Below are positions 25,579 to 33,875 of a stretch of 39,190 bases of DNA, in pieces; the stretch's first letter is position 1, and each line of letters begins with the position of its first letter. A program made the translations under genes and the position numbers. Source of the DNA: an uncultured bacterium. GTDB lineage: Bacteria > Patescibacteriota > Minisyncoccia > Phycocordibacterales > UBA9973. The stretch lies in contig CAINWY010000125.1 in assembly GCA_903854645.1 (NCBI GenBank), forward strand, positions 1-39,190. The letters run 5' to 3'. The notes beneath the pieces were generated by a model, which was not told where the DNA came from, made no database searches, and saw only the letters and a list, made by a program, of their open reading frames with translations.

Positions 25579-26056
25579 TATTAATATTATATTGCCTCAT
25601 TCCGATCTTTGCTAGTTTCAACATTTTCCTCGATGCCATAAATGCAGGAACATCAGCATATTTATCACTTTCATAGATAACTTCATTAATGCCATTCTGA
25701 ATTATAGTTTTAGCACATTCATTACAAGGGAAAAGTGTGCAGTAAATTTTGCATCCTTCTGTAGAATTATTTGCATTATAAACAGCATTCTCTTCGGCAT
25801 GACAAACGTAAGCATACTTTGTATTCATAAAGTCACCTTCTCTTTCCCATGGCAGCTCCTCACTTTTAATTCCTCTTGGCCAACCATTATACCCTACTCC
25901 AACTAGTATATTCTTTTCATTCACAACTACAGCTCCTGCTTGAGTGGAGGGATCTTGGGATCTATCTGCTATGACATGTGCGATTTGCATAAAACATTCA
26001 TCCCATGAAATACGCTTGCGAACGACTGTCTTTGTTTTTAAACCTTTTTTATTCAT
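25568..26056 (-). CDS. Deoxycytidylate (dCMP) deaminase
   Basis: Zinc motifs CHAEENA and PCNECAK. 162 aa. Confidence 0.9.
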   Translation of the reverse strand: MNKKGLKTKTVVRKRISWDECFMQIAHVIADRSQDPSTQAGAVVVNEKNILVGVGYNGWPRGIKSEELPWEREGDFMNTKYAYVCHAEENAVYNANNSTEGCKIYCTLFPCNECAKTIIQNGINEVIYESDKYADVPAFMASRKMLKLAKIGMRQYNINNDK

Positions 26057-26069
26057 ACTTTATATCAAA

Positions 26070-26684
26070 TTATCTAATAATAAAAAAACCAAATATCATA
26101 GCTATAAAATTTAAAATAGTATGGGAGATAGATATTAGAATAAGATTTGGATACTTGTAATAAATCCAGGCGAAACCAATACCTGCAACAAATGTAAACG
26201 GTAATGTAAACAGTGCATTTAAATATATAATATGCATGATAGAAAAAATACCAGCATTAAGCAATATGATAAACCATTTATTAAAAAAAACTCTTCTTAG
26301 CATGTTCATCAATACTCCTCGAAAAACTATCTCTTGAAGAACAGAAAGGGGTATAAATAAAAGTAAAAATCTTAGATTGGTCCACCAGCTAAGCATAGGC
26401 TTGCCGATATTAAACTCTTCCACAATAAAAAGAAGTGTCACACATATAATCGTAAAAATTAGATACGGTATAAAATATTCAGTCCACTTTCCTCTTATAC
26501 CAAAATCTATTTTGTTCCATTTTTCGTAGCGAGCAATCCCATAAATTAAAATTGTTATAATTAACAATGTTAAAACACGCCCATTGCTAGGAATAACCTT
26601 ATAATAAAGAAGCATGATTGGAATTAAGAATAGATATAATATCTGGATCCAAACTAATTCTTTATTTCTTTTTATTACATCCAT
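26070..26684 (-). CDS. CPBP-family intramembrane metalloprotease (CAAX protease-like)
   Basis: 204 aa, multi-TM. Motifs LQEIVFRG (EExxxR type), FSIMH and HTILN. Confidence 0.8.
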   Translation of the reverse strand: MDVIKRNKELVWIQILYLFLIPIMLLYYKVIPSNGRVLTLLIITILIYGIARYEKWNKIDFGIRGKWTEYFIPYLIFTIICVTLLFIVEEFNIGKPMLSWWTNLRFLLLFIPLSVLQEIVFRGVLMNMLRRVFFNKWFIILLNAGIFSIMHIIYLNALFTLPFTFVAGIGFAWIYYKYPNLILISISHTILNFIAMIFGFFIIR

Positions 26685-26691
26685 GTAGTCT

Positions 26692-26700
26692 ATTATACCA
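26692..26700 (-). promoter_or_regulatory. Extended -10 box (TGGTATAAT) 7 nt upstream of the CPBP ATG
   Basis: Minus strand reads TGG TATAAT AGACTAC ATG. It lies directly downstream of the terminator at 26718-26743. Confidence 0.45.
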
Positions 26701-26717
26701 AAGTTATAGCTTATATT

Positions 26718-26743
26718 AAAACCCCCTTAATAAAGGGGGTTTT
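26718..26743 (-). terminator. Intrinsic terminator ending the ECF-sigma / exporter operon
   Basis: Minus strand: AAAACCCCC-UUUAUUAA-GGGGGUUUU. Confidence 0.7.
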
Positions 26744-26755
26744 AATTGGGTTTAA

Positions 26756-27217
26756 TTAATTTATCTTCACTCCTGCTATTGGTAAGGTGGGTCTTATTTG
26801 AATAGATGAAGCTGTGACACTTCCATCAGGATTAGCTGTTCCTGATACCATAACTTGTTTACCAGCTACTACATCTGTACCTGTTCCATCAACAGTCTTC
26901 TCAACCTTGGAAGAGGGTGATATTAATACGATTTTGGATCCTCCATCACGAAGTTTGACTGTCATACTAGTGGCATCTTTTGAAAGAACTTCCCCAGACA
27001 CAACTCCCCCACCTAATCCTCCACCATTCCTCATTCCTTGTAGGTTTCTTCCTCCAACATTTTGTTGATTCATACCACCTTGGCCAAATTGGCTTGAACG
27101 ATTTGTATTAGTATTGGCTACTTTACTATTCATATAAATCATTCCGCCTCTAAAACTTAATAGTGCTATAGCTAAACAAACAACTACACTCACAATTATT
27201 TTTCTATTTTTTTGCAT
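26756..27217 (-). CDS. Hypothetical bitopic/secreted protein, paralog of the 30828-31349 product
   Basis: N-terminal hydrophobic helix, a Gly/Asn/Gln-rich linker, and a C-terminal beta-rich domain ending ..GTANPDGSVTASSIQIRP. That domain aligns with ..GNPNGQGQIEAKLIRIMP in the other protein. Confidence 0.6.
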   Translation of the reverse strand: MQKNRKIIVSVVVCLAIALLSFRGGMIYMNSKVANTNTNRSSQFGQGGMNQQNVGGRNLQGMRNGGGLGGGVVSGEVLSKDATSMTVKLRDGGSKIVLISPSSKVEKTVDGTGTDVVAGKQVMVSGTANPDGSVTASSIQIRPTLPIAGVKIN

Positions 27218-27220
27218 ATT

Positions 27221-27248
27221 TTAATTCTAAATTTTTAATTATTAATTA
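27221..27248. repeat. Four phased heptamers (TTAATTC TAAATTT TTAATTA TTAATTA) in the spacer upstream of the 26756-27217 gene
   Basis: Read directly from the sequence. Same heptad family as 20834-20868 and 36792-36833. Confidence 0.45.
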
Positions 27249-27250
27249 CT

Positions 27251-28480
27251 CTACTCATATCGAAGTGCTTCAATCGGATTTAATTTTGAAGCACGCTGTG
27301 CTGGATAATATCCAAACACTATTCCAATAAAAGCAGAAACTCCAAATGCTAATAATACTGACGATACTGATACCTGTGCTTCTAGAATTCCTAGCTTCGT
27401 TATACCGAACGAAACACCCCACCCTAGCATCACTCCTATGACTCCTCCTATAAATGTAAGCATGACTGCCTCTACTAAAAATTGTATGTTTACATCTCTT
27501 CTCTTTGCACCAATTGCTTTCCTTAATCCTATTTCTCTAGTTCTCTCCGTTACTGAAGTCAGCATCATATTCATAATTCCTATACCACCAACAAGAAGTG
27601 ATATACCAGCAATAGCTGATAGGAGCATTGTAAAGGTTCCAGTTATAGATGATGCGGTAGCAATAATATCAGCCTGGTTCATAGTGGAGAAATCCGCAGA
27701 TGCAGCTTCCAATATATGATGCTGCGCAAGTAACGTTGTCGTTACGTCGTTCTGTACCTGTGTTGTTATATCAGACCCAGTAGCTGCTACACTTATAGAA
27801 CTTACGTATTGATCTCCGGAGAAATATCTCTGTGCCGTAGTAAGTGGAATATAAATCATATCATCTGGATTCTGAAATCCAGTTCCACCCTTGGCCACTG
27901 TAACTCCAATTATTTTAAATTGATTACCTTTAATTTTAATTGTTTGACCCATCGCGTCAGAGGCAAGAGCATTAGCCCCAAAAAGATCTGTTACTACCGT
28001 CGGACCAACAACTGCTACTTTAGCACCTCCAGCATTATTTTGATCAGTTATAAAACTACCCTGATCTATAGCTAAATTACGAACAGTAGGATAATCCGAT
28101 GTTACCCCATCAACTGTTGTATTAGTATTAGTACCTTTTGCAGTTACCTGCATTCTGCTTGAAACCTCAGCAGTTACAGCTTTGACTCCACTAATATTTT
28201 TTAAGGACGCAACATCACTTAGTGTTAAAGTTTTTGCTGTCCCTCGCCCTTGATTGACTTGCTGACCTACACCACGAGGTGCACCTGGGGATACGATAAT
28301 TAAATTAGATCCTATAGATTGTATAGAAGCTGAGATAGAATTTTGTGCTCCTGTACCGATAGCTGTCATCGCTATAACCGAAGCGATACCAATAATAATT
28401 CCAAGCATTGTAAGCCCGGAACGAATCTTATTACTAGAGAGCGCCATAAATGTTTCTTCTAAAATATCTTTTGTTTTCAT
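27251..28480 (-). CDS. ABC transporter permease, MacB/FtsX type
   Basis: 409 aa. N-terminal TM helix, a ~230-aa extracytoplasmic domain, and a C-terminal FtsX bundle (GIMNMMLTSVTERTREIGLRKAIGA). Its start overlaps the ATPase stop (ATGA). Confidence 0.85.
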   Translation of the reverse strand: MKTKDILEETFMALSSNKIRSGLTMLGIIIGIASVIAMTAIGTGAQNSISASIQSIGSNLIIVSPGAPRGVGQQVNQGRGTAKTLTLSDVASLKNISGVKAVTAEVSSRMQVTAKGTNTNTTVDGVTSDYPTVRNLAIDQGSFITDQNNAGGAKVAVVGPTVVTDLFGANALASDAMGQTIKIKGNQFKIIGVTVAKGGTGFQNPDDMIYIPLTTAQRYFSGDQYVSSISVAATGSDITTQVQNDVTTTLLAQHHILEAASADFSTMNQADIIATASSITGTFTMLLSAIAGISLLVGGIGIMNMMLTSVTERTREIGLRKAIGAKRRDVNIQFLVEAVMLTFIGGVIGVMLGWGVSFGITKLGILEAQVSVSSVLLAFGVSAFIGIVFGYYPAQRASKLNPIEALRYE

Positions 28481-29181
28481 AAATTTATTATTTTCTTATT
28501 ATGTAAACTATCATCACTGAGAATAAGTCCATCTCTAATGGTGATAATACGATCAGCATGTAGTGCAACATCATGCTCGTGAGTGATAAGAACAATTGTG
28601 CGACCCTGTTCTTTGTTTAATCTTTGAAAAGTACCCAGTACTATCTCTCCAGTTTTTGTATCCAGATTACCAGTTGGCTCATCAGCGAGAATAAGAGTTG
28701 GATTATTTACAAGCGCACGAGCTATAGCTACGCGCTGTATCTGTCCTCCTGAAAGCTGATTTGATAAATGCGTAAAATGCGTTTCTTCTAGACCACTATC
28801 TAGAAGTGCCTTCCTCGCTCTTTCTGTTCTATCTTTTACAGAAACTCCTTCATATATGAGAGGTAAAATTACATTGCGTAAAACTGTAGTTCTAGGAAGT
28901 AGATTAAAAGATTGAAATACGAAACCTATCTTATCTTTTCGAATATCTGCGAGCTCGTCATCACTCAAAGTAGATACATCTTTACCGTCTAGAAAATAAG
29001 TCCCTCCTGTCGGACTGTCCAGCGCACCTAGTATATGCATCAATGTTGACTTACCAGATCCCGATGGGCCCATAATCGCAACGAATTCTCCATCATTGAT
29101 TTTAAAGCTAACTCCTTTCAATGCTTCAAATGGTTCACCTTCTGTTAGATAAGCTTTTTTAATATTTTTTATTTCAATCAT
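28477..29181 (-). CDS. ABC transporter ATP-binding protein (MacB/LolD-like)
   Basis: Walker [10 protein letters not shown], signature LSGGQIQR, Walker [13 protein letters not shown], and H-loop ITHE. Confidence 0.9.
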   Translation of the reverse strand: MIEIKNIKKAYLTEGEPFEALKGVSFKINDGEFVAIMGPSGSGKSTLMHILGALDSPTGGTYFLDGKDVSTLSDDELADIRKDKIGFVFQSFNLLPRTTVLRNVILPLIYEGVSVKDRTERARKALLDSGLEETHFTHLSNQLSGGQIQRVAIARALVNNPTLILADEPTGNLDTKTGEIVLGTFQRLNKEQGRTIVLITHEHDVALHADRIITIRDGLILSDDSLHNKKIINL

Positions 29182-29184
29182 ATA

Positions 29185-30825
29185 TTAGTGTCCTGCTACT
29201 GCTCGCATTGCATTACTGCCACCCGCTTGAGTTCTATTTCCACCAACAGCACTTAAAATACTTGGTGCGGTAGTTGCTTTTGCTGCTGTAGCTGTTATTG
29301 TTTTAGTAACTATTATATCTCCAATTTTTAATCCAGAAGTTATCTCTGTGTTTATATCATCTGCTAAACCGATTTCAATCGTAGTCTGATTTGGTAATGT
29401 TGGAGAGATAGATCCTTGTACTCCAGTTGCAACAGCAGGAAGATCCGCATTAAATGTCTCCACATAGCTTAATCCATTTTTTGTTTTAATAGCACTATTT
29501 GGAACCACTACGACGTCCTGTGCCGTATCTGTAATAACAGTCGCCGAAACACTCATCCCTGGCTTTACACGTGCATCATCCACATCCAGACTAATTGTTA
29601 CATTATAAGTAACAACACCAGAAGAAACAGTTCCTACCGTATCAATGCCATCTACGGAACCAGTAATAGTTAATCCTTCAATCGCATCAAATGCTAAAGT
29701 GGCCTTTTGCCCTAATTTAATTTTTGCTATATCAACTTCATTGAGTGCTATTTTAACTATCTTTTGTTTCGCTATTAATGTACCTATACTTCCACTAGCA
29801 GTTTGACCAACTTTTGCAGTTAATGTAGCGATAATTCCATCAATAGGAGCACGAACAAAACAATCATTTAATGCATTTTGCTTTGTTTCAACATTTAATA
29901 TTGCCTGACGTATATCTAGTTCATCTGCTGGAGAAATAGCTTCCTTTAATGATTGAATGGATTCTCCTTTTGTATTTATACTTGAAAGAATACTATTCAC
30001 ATAACCATTTGAAGTATTCGCCCAAGACGCTAGATTTGCTTGATTGGTTGATACTTGACTTGAACTACTTTGGGCAAGATAGTTATTTAAATAATCAAAG
30101 CTCGCTTGTTCTAGCTTTACAGAGTTTGAAACAATTTTTGCAGTATCAAGAGATTGAATCAATAGCTCGTCTAAGCTTTCATTTGATGAAGAACGAGATA
30201 GGCTTTTGTAAAATGCTACATTTGTATCATAACTTTTCTTTGCATCCCAATACGCTTTTTCAGATAAATCAAATTTAGTTCTACCTGCATCACCTAACTG
30301 AGACTTATTTTGTGAACCTAAATATCCATTATTCAAACTTTCCAAGCCATTTATAATATTATTCGTATCGATATAAAATGATGACATATTATTCCAGGAA
30401 TCATCATAGTTCTTTTTTAGAGAATTTTCTTTCTGAAGTACCGTCAATGTATTTGGTTTCTTTAATTTATCAAGTGATAGTTGTGCAGTCTCAAGTGCAA
30501 TCTTTGCATCAGCAGAATCTATGCTAGCTATTATTGAGCCCTTACCTATATATTGTCCAACTTTTACAGGAACAGAAACTATATCACCTGTTGTTTTGGC
30601 ATTTATCGTTATCGTATCGCTAGACTCTATCTGTCCACTACCGGAAACTGAAACTATGACACTACCATTAGCGACCGTACTTGTTATATATCTAGTCTCA
30701 GTGCTAGTTTTACCTTTTAAAAAATAATATGAAACACCAACGATAACAAGTAATATGAGAATACTCCAGATTATATTGTTTGAAATAAATGATTTGATTT
30801 TTTGTATAAAAGTTTGATTATTCAT
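29185..30825 (-). CDS. HlyD/MacA-family membrane-fusion (periplasmic adaptor) protein, long form
   Basis: N-terminal TM helix, a lipoyl-like motif (TTGDIVSVPVKVGQYIGKGSIIASID), a long coiled-coil region, and beta-barrel motifs (VRAPIDGIIA). Confidence 0.75.
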   Translation of the reverse strand: MNNQTFIQKIKSFISNNIIWSILILLVIVGVSYYFLKGKTSTETRYITSTVANGSVIVSVSGSGQIESSDTITINAKTTGDIVSVPVKVGQYIGKGSIIASIDSADAKIALETAQLSLDKLKKPNTLTVLQKENSLKKNYDDSWNNMSSFYIDTNNIINGLESLNNGYLGSQNKSQLGDAGRTKFDLSEKAYWDAKKSYDTNVAFYKSLSRSSSNESLDELLIQSLDTAKIVSNSVKLEQASFDYLNNYLAQSSSSQVSTNQANLASWANTSNGYVNSILSSINTKGESIQSLKEAISPADELDIRQAILNVETKQNALNDCFVRAPIDGIIATLTAKVGQTASGSIGTLIAKQKIVKIALNEVDIAKIKLGQKATLAFDAIEGLTITGSVDGIDTVGTVSSGVVTYNVTISLDVDDARVKPGMSVSATVITDTAQDVVVVPNSAIKTKNGLSYVETFNADLPAVATGVQGSISPTLPNQTTIEIGLADDINTEITSGLKIGDIIVTKTITATAAKATTAPSILSAVGGNRTQAGGSNAMRAVAGH

Positions 30826-30827
30826 AT

Positions 30828-31349
30828 TTATATTGTTTCGTTATTAATTGTTCTCATATTTATTTTTTTCATATCATCTGGGTTTGGCATTATTCTTATC
30901 AGCTTAGCTTCTATTTGACCTTGTCCATTTGGATTACCTATGACTATAATAAACTGATCAACTTTCAGGCCTTCCTTATTTACAGCATCCCTTCTCTCTA
31001 ATATGTTTGTATCATCTTTTACAATTATGATTTTCTCTGTTTTATCTTTATCTAATACTACAATATTCGGAAGTTCTACTTTTATAATCCTACCTATGGC
31101 ACCATGAGCATTTGGTAGATAACCAAGATCATTTTTTATAAAATTTTGTGACGATCTCATAGGACCGAAATTTCTTTCATAGTTATTACCCCAATTACGG
31201 CTATATGACGCTCTGTTGTATCCTGCCATCATTCCAAATTGAAAAACAAAAAATAATATAAATACTGATCCCAATATGTATAATATTTTTCTAAAATTCT
31301 TTGATTCTACAAACATATTTACTTTTTCTTTTATTTCATTTATTTTCAT
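30828..31349 (-). CDS. Hypothetical bitopic protein, paralog of the 26756-27217 product
   Basis: N-terminal TM helix (ILYILGSVFILFFVFQFGMMAGY), an RN.G.MR-containing linker, and a C-terminal beta-rich domain. Confidence 0.6.
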   Translation of the reverse strand: MKINEIKEKVNMFVESKNFRKILYILGSVFILFFVFQFGMMAGYNRASYSRNWGNNYERNFGPMRSSQNFIKNDLGYLPNAHGAIGRIIKVELPNIVVLDKDKTEKIIIVKDDTNILERRDAVNKEGLKVDQFIIVIGNPNGQGQIEAKLIRIMPNPDDMKKINMRTINNETI

Positions 31350-31390
31350 ATGATTATGACTTTTCTTTACAAAACCTTCGTGTAAAAAGT

Positions 31391-31789
31391 TTAACTAACT
31401 AATAATTTATATCTGAATTGATGGATAACTTTTCGGAATGATACAAGGGTCGAAACCAAAAGAAATAACAGTGCGCCAAAACTTGCGACAGGTAGTGAGT
31501 CTGCAAGAGAAAGTAAATATTCTTTCCAATAATTCAAAAATAAACCATCTCCTCCAAAAGCTATTGAAACGTATTGATAGAATCCGAATGATGACAACTC
31601 TTTTGCAAAAGATAGTGACATAAACACAAAACCACCTAAAGATAAAATCCCTGTTATACCATAAACAAGAGATTGTATCTTTATGTATTTTTCTTGCTTC
31701 GCTTGGATTGCACGCCAAATACTTTCCGAAAGTCCTGTTTCAGAGATTTTCTTCGCATTCTTTAATGCTTTTGATAGATTTTTATCCAT
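31391..31789 (-). CDS. Small membrane protein; possible anti-sigma factor by position only
   Basis: 132 aa. It has a ~40-aa soluble N-terminus followed by 2-3 hydrophobic helices, and it starts 18 nt after the ECF sigma gene. It has no HxxxCxxC zinc motif. Confidence 0.4.
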   Translation of the reverse strand: MDKNLSKALKNAKKISETGLSESIWRAIQAKQEKYIKIQSLVYGITGILSLGGFVFMSLSFAKELSSFGFYQYVSIAFGGDGLFLNYWKEYLLSLADSLPVASFGALLFLLVSTLVSFRKVIHQFRYKLLVS

Positions 31790-31807
31790 ACACTTATATA
31801 TACGAGA

Positions 31808-32353
31808 CTACATAAGTCTTTGGTGCAAAGCCTTCAGAGCCCTATGATGGTAGCTTTTCACTGTATTCATAGGCTTGCCCAGTACTACACCTATTTCCTT
31901 GAAGCTCATATCTTCTTGATAATGAAGAGTGAGCACCAATCTATATTCCCCTTTTAATTCATTTATAACTTTATTGAGCATTTCTTTATCTTGCAACTTC
32001 TCTAGTGCTTCATCTGGTAAAATAATTTCATCCTCTATGTTATCCCCAAAATTTTCTTCCTCTTTATCAAGGCTTGAAAACATGACAACTTTCCTTTTCC
32101 TTAAATAATCAGTGACTGTATTTCGTGCTATTATAAAAATCCATGTCTTAAATTGAGACTTGCCCATATCAAAACTTTCTAGTTTTTTCCACACTTTTAT
32201 AAAAACCTCTTGAACTACATCTTCTGTCTGTGTATCTTTTATAAAACGTGAAGTGAAGTTATATATAGAAGAAGTATACTTTTCTATTAGTATTTTAAGT
32301 GAATGCTCGTCCCCCTCTAAGTATTTCTGTATTAGGATATGGTCTTCTTCCAT
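31808..32353 (-). CDS. ECF-type RNA polymerase sigma-70 family factor
   Basis: Region 2 (DVVQEVFIKVWKK, WIFIIARNTVTDYLRKR) and the region 4 HTH (MSFKEIGVVLGKPMNTVKSYHHRALKAL). The start is set at ATG 32353; the track start at 32356 is GTG. Confidence 0.85.
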   Translation of the reverse strand: MEEDHILIQKYLEGDEHSLKILIEKYTSSIYNFTSRFIKDTQTEDVVQEVFIKVWKKLESFDMGKSQFKTWIFIIARNTVTDYLRKRKVVMFSSLDKEEENFGDNIEDEIILPDEALEKLQDKEMLNKVINELKGEYRLVLTLHYQEDMSFKEIGVVLGKPMNTVKSYHHRALKALHQRLM

Positions 32354-32359
32354 CACTCT

Positions 32360-32365
32360 AATATA
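32360..32365 (-). promoter_or_regulatory. -10-like box TATATT 6 nt upstream of the sigma-factor ATG
   Basis: Minus strand reads TTTGGTAG TATATT AGAGTG ATG. Confidence 0.35.
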
Positions 32366-32418
32366 CTACCAAACTACCTCTGGCCAAAATATCTCTAATT
32401 TGGAACTATTTTGATCAT

Positions 32419-33033
32419 TTATTTATTATATTTTGGATGCTCCTCATTTATAGATAGAGCATAGTTCGCATAGCGCGACATTGCAAAAAGAATTGAGGAA
32501 AGACGGTTAAGATATGCGAGAGTTACCAGTCCAACCTTACTCCCTCCGCCATCTACTACAGAAATAATTCTCCTCTCACACCTACGAGATAGTGTTCTAC
32601 TATAATCAAGCTCCGCGCTCAAAACACTCCCTCCTGAAACAGTAAAGGATTTTATCGGTGGGAGAATATTGCTTATATGACTTATAATATCTTCAATTTT
32701 ATTTAAATCAATCTTTTTTACGGTCATTGGTGAACCTGCCATCTCAGCCTGAATAATGAATAGGGTCTGCTGAATATTGTTTAATATATCGCTATACGGA
32801 ATTTTTCTCCTTGAACTTACTACTATCTTTAACTGCTCATTACTCGCGTAAACTTTCACTATACCTATATATGCGTTTAGCTCATCTAAAACACCAAGCG
32901 CCTCAATGATATCTGAACTTTTGGAGATGCGCCCTTGTTCGCAGTGAAAAAGTGTCGTAGTTCCACTATCCCCAACTCCTGTGTATAAGGATGGCTTTTG
33001 TTTTTTAATTTTTGATTTTTGATTTGGTATCAT
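32419..33033 (-). CDS. ATP:cob(I)alamin adenosyltransferase, PduO/MMAB type
   Basis: LYTGVGDSGTTTL, K.S..IEALGVLDELNAYIG and other family motifs. The start is moved to ATG 33033 (MIPNQ..), which lies 6 nt downstream of TGT TATAAT. The upstream 28 codons of the track ORF look non-coding. Confidence 0.8.
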   Translation of the reverse strand: MIPNQKSKIKKQKPSLYTGVGDSGTTTLFHCEQGRISKSSDIIEALGVLDELNAYIGIVKVYASNEQLKIVVSSRRKIPYSDILNNIQQTLFIIQAEMAGSPMTVKKIDLNKIEDIISHISNILPPIKSFTVSGGSVLSAELDYSRTLSRRCERRIISVVDGGGSKVGLVTLAYLNRLSSILFAMSRYANYALSINEEHPKYNK

Positions 33034-33039
33034 AAACCC

Positions 33040-33048
33040 ATTATAACA
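33040..33048 (-). promoter_or_regulatory. Extended -10 box (TGTTATAAT) 6 nt upstream of the adenosyltransferase ATG
   Basis: Minus strand reads TGT TATAAT GGGTTT ATG. Confidence 0.45.
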
Positions 33049-33070
33049 ATATAGATTAAAACCGATACTA

Positions 33071-33098
33071 TTGACTTTTCTACAAAATACATTATAAT
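33071..33098 (+). promoter_or_regulatory. Near-consensus sigma-70 promoter for the two small-ORF cassette
   Basis: -35 TTGACT (33071-33076), a 16-nt spacer, and -10 TATAAT (33093-33098). Confidence 0.6.
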
Positions 33099-33109
33099 AT
33101 ATACAAATA

Positions 33110-33127
33110 ATGTTCAAAAATGAACAT
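33110..33127 (+). promoter_or_regulatory. Perfect palindrome ATGTTCA-AAAA-TGAACAT just downstream of the predicted start site; operator or RNA hairpin candidate
   Basis: 7-bp inverted arms read directly from the sequence. It spans about +5 to +23 relative to the promoter at 33071-33098. Confidence 0.4.
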
Positions 33128-33145
33128 ATAAAAAAAATTTAAATT

Positions 33146-33451
33146 ATGAGAAAACTGGTATTGATTGTAAGTGATTTCGATTGCGTGGATAATGAAAATA
33201 TATCCTATGCAGCTAAGGAGATTGTGTTAATTGAAGATTTGGGTATGAAGGAAGAGCGTGTCAGATTTTTCCACCGACGATTTCAAAGTAAACTACTAAC
33301 CTTGGGTAGAATTCTTAAAGAAGAAAGGCGTGCTGAAATACACGTAATATTCCAAAAAAGAATTAAACCTAAAAAGGTGGTTAAACTGATTAATCACATT
33401 TCAAAAAAAATGGAAAATGGGATTTTAGTATTCTCGTCTACCCTCGTTTAA
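33146..33451 (+). CDS. Hypothetical small protein (101 aa), paralog of the next gene
   Basis: ATG-initiated ORF within a promoter/terminator-delimited unit. It shows an alternating beta/alpha pattern (KLVLIVSDF, VRFFH, IHVIFQK, ILVFSS). I recognised no family. Confidence 0.55.
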   Translation: MRKLVLIVSDFDCVDNENISYAAKEIVLIEDLGMKEERVRFFHRRFQSKLLTLGRILKEERRAEIHVIFQKRIKPKKVVKLINHISKKMENGILVFSSTLV

Positions 33452-33485
33452 AATTATTTCAAACCAAATTTAAAAAAATTGTTCT

Positions 33486-33866
33486 ATGAAAAGTATTGTA
33501 TTGTTTGTTTCCCCTTTCGTCGACAAAAAAAATCGACCAATTTATGAAAAGCTAATAAGAGGAACTATCCTCCGAGATGACCTAAATGTAAATTTGAAAT
33601 TTATTTACGAGGAGACTAATAACTTGGCCATTAATCTTTGGCTCAAAATAAAGAAAAATGAGTCAAAAGTTGTAGTATTCCACAAATGTCAGGCAACAGT
33701 CGTGAAAGAACACCATGATATATTGGAAAAACAAAAAGGGACAGGTAGAATGTTATTTTTTCACAATGAAACATCGGGTGTACTTGATGAAAAAATAAGA
33801 GACAAAGTAAAAACACTTAATACTTTGAAATTCCTTCCAGTGCAAATTGCATTAATGGTTGGATAA
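33486..33866 (+). CDS. Hypothetical small protein (126 aa), paralog of the previous gene
   Basis: Aligns with the upstream product: SIVLFVSPF / KLVLIVSDF, LKFIYE / VRFFHR, VVVFHK / IHVIFQK and MLFFHNE / ILVFSST. It has an extra ~30-aa C-terminal tail. Confidence 0.55.
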   Translation: MKSIVLFVSPFVDKKNRPIYEKLIRGTILRDDLNVNLKFIYEETNNLAINLWLKIKKNESKVVVFHKCQATVVKEHHDILEKQKGTGRMLFFHNETSGVLDEKIRDKVKTLNTLKFLPVQIALMVG

Positions 33867-33875
33867 AAAATTACA

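Noticed and set aside
25148-25615. Long antisense or overlapping ORFs in the track might be genes. Examples are 366-707, 1008-1250, 4206-4637, 9186-9557, 17165-17509, 25148-25615, 27438-27719, 31407-31718, 36823-37200 and 38583-38948.
   Set aside because: Each lies entirely inside, and antisense or out of frame to, a CDS with strong family motifs. Their products are low-complexity or hydrophobic translations typical of AT-rich shadow ORFs.
31391-31789. The gene downstream of the ECF sigma might be called confidently as an anti-sigma factor.
   Set aside because: Only its position and its membrane topology support this. It has no zinc-binding anti-sigma (HxxxCxxC) or other recognisable anti-sigma domain motif, so it is listed as a membrane protein with low-confidence functional speculation.
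33110-33127. The palindrome ATGTTCA-N4-TGAACAT might be a LexA (Cheo/SOS) box.
   Set aside because: - The Gram-positive SOS box is GAAC-N4-GTTC; here the half-sites are in the opposite order (GTTC..GAAC).
- It also does not fit CTGT-N8-ACAG.
- It is retained only as a generic operator or hairpin candidate.
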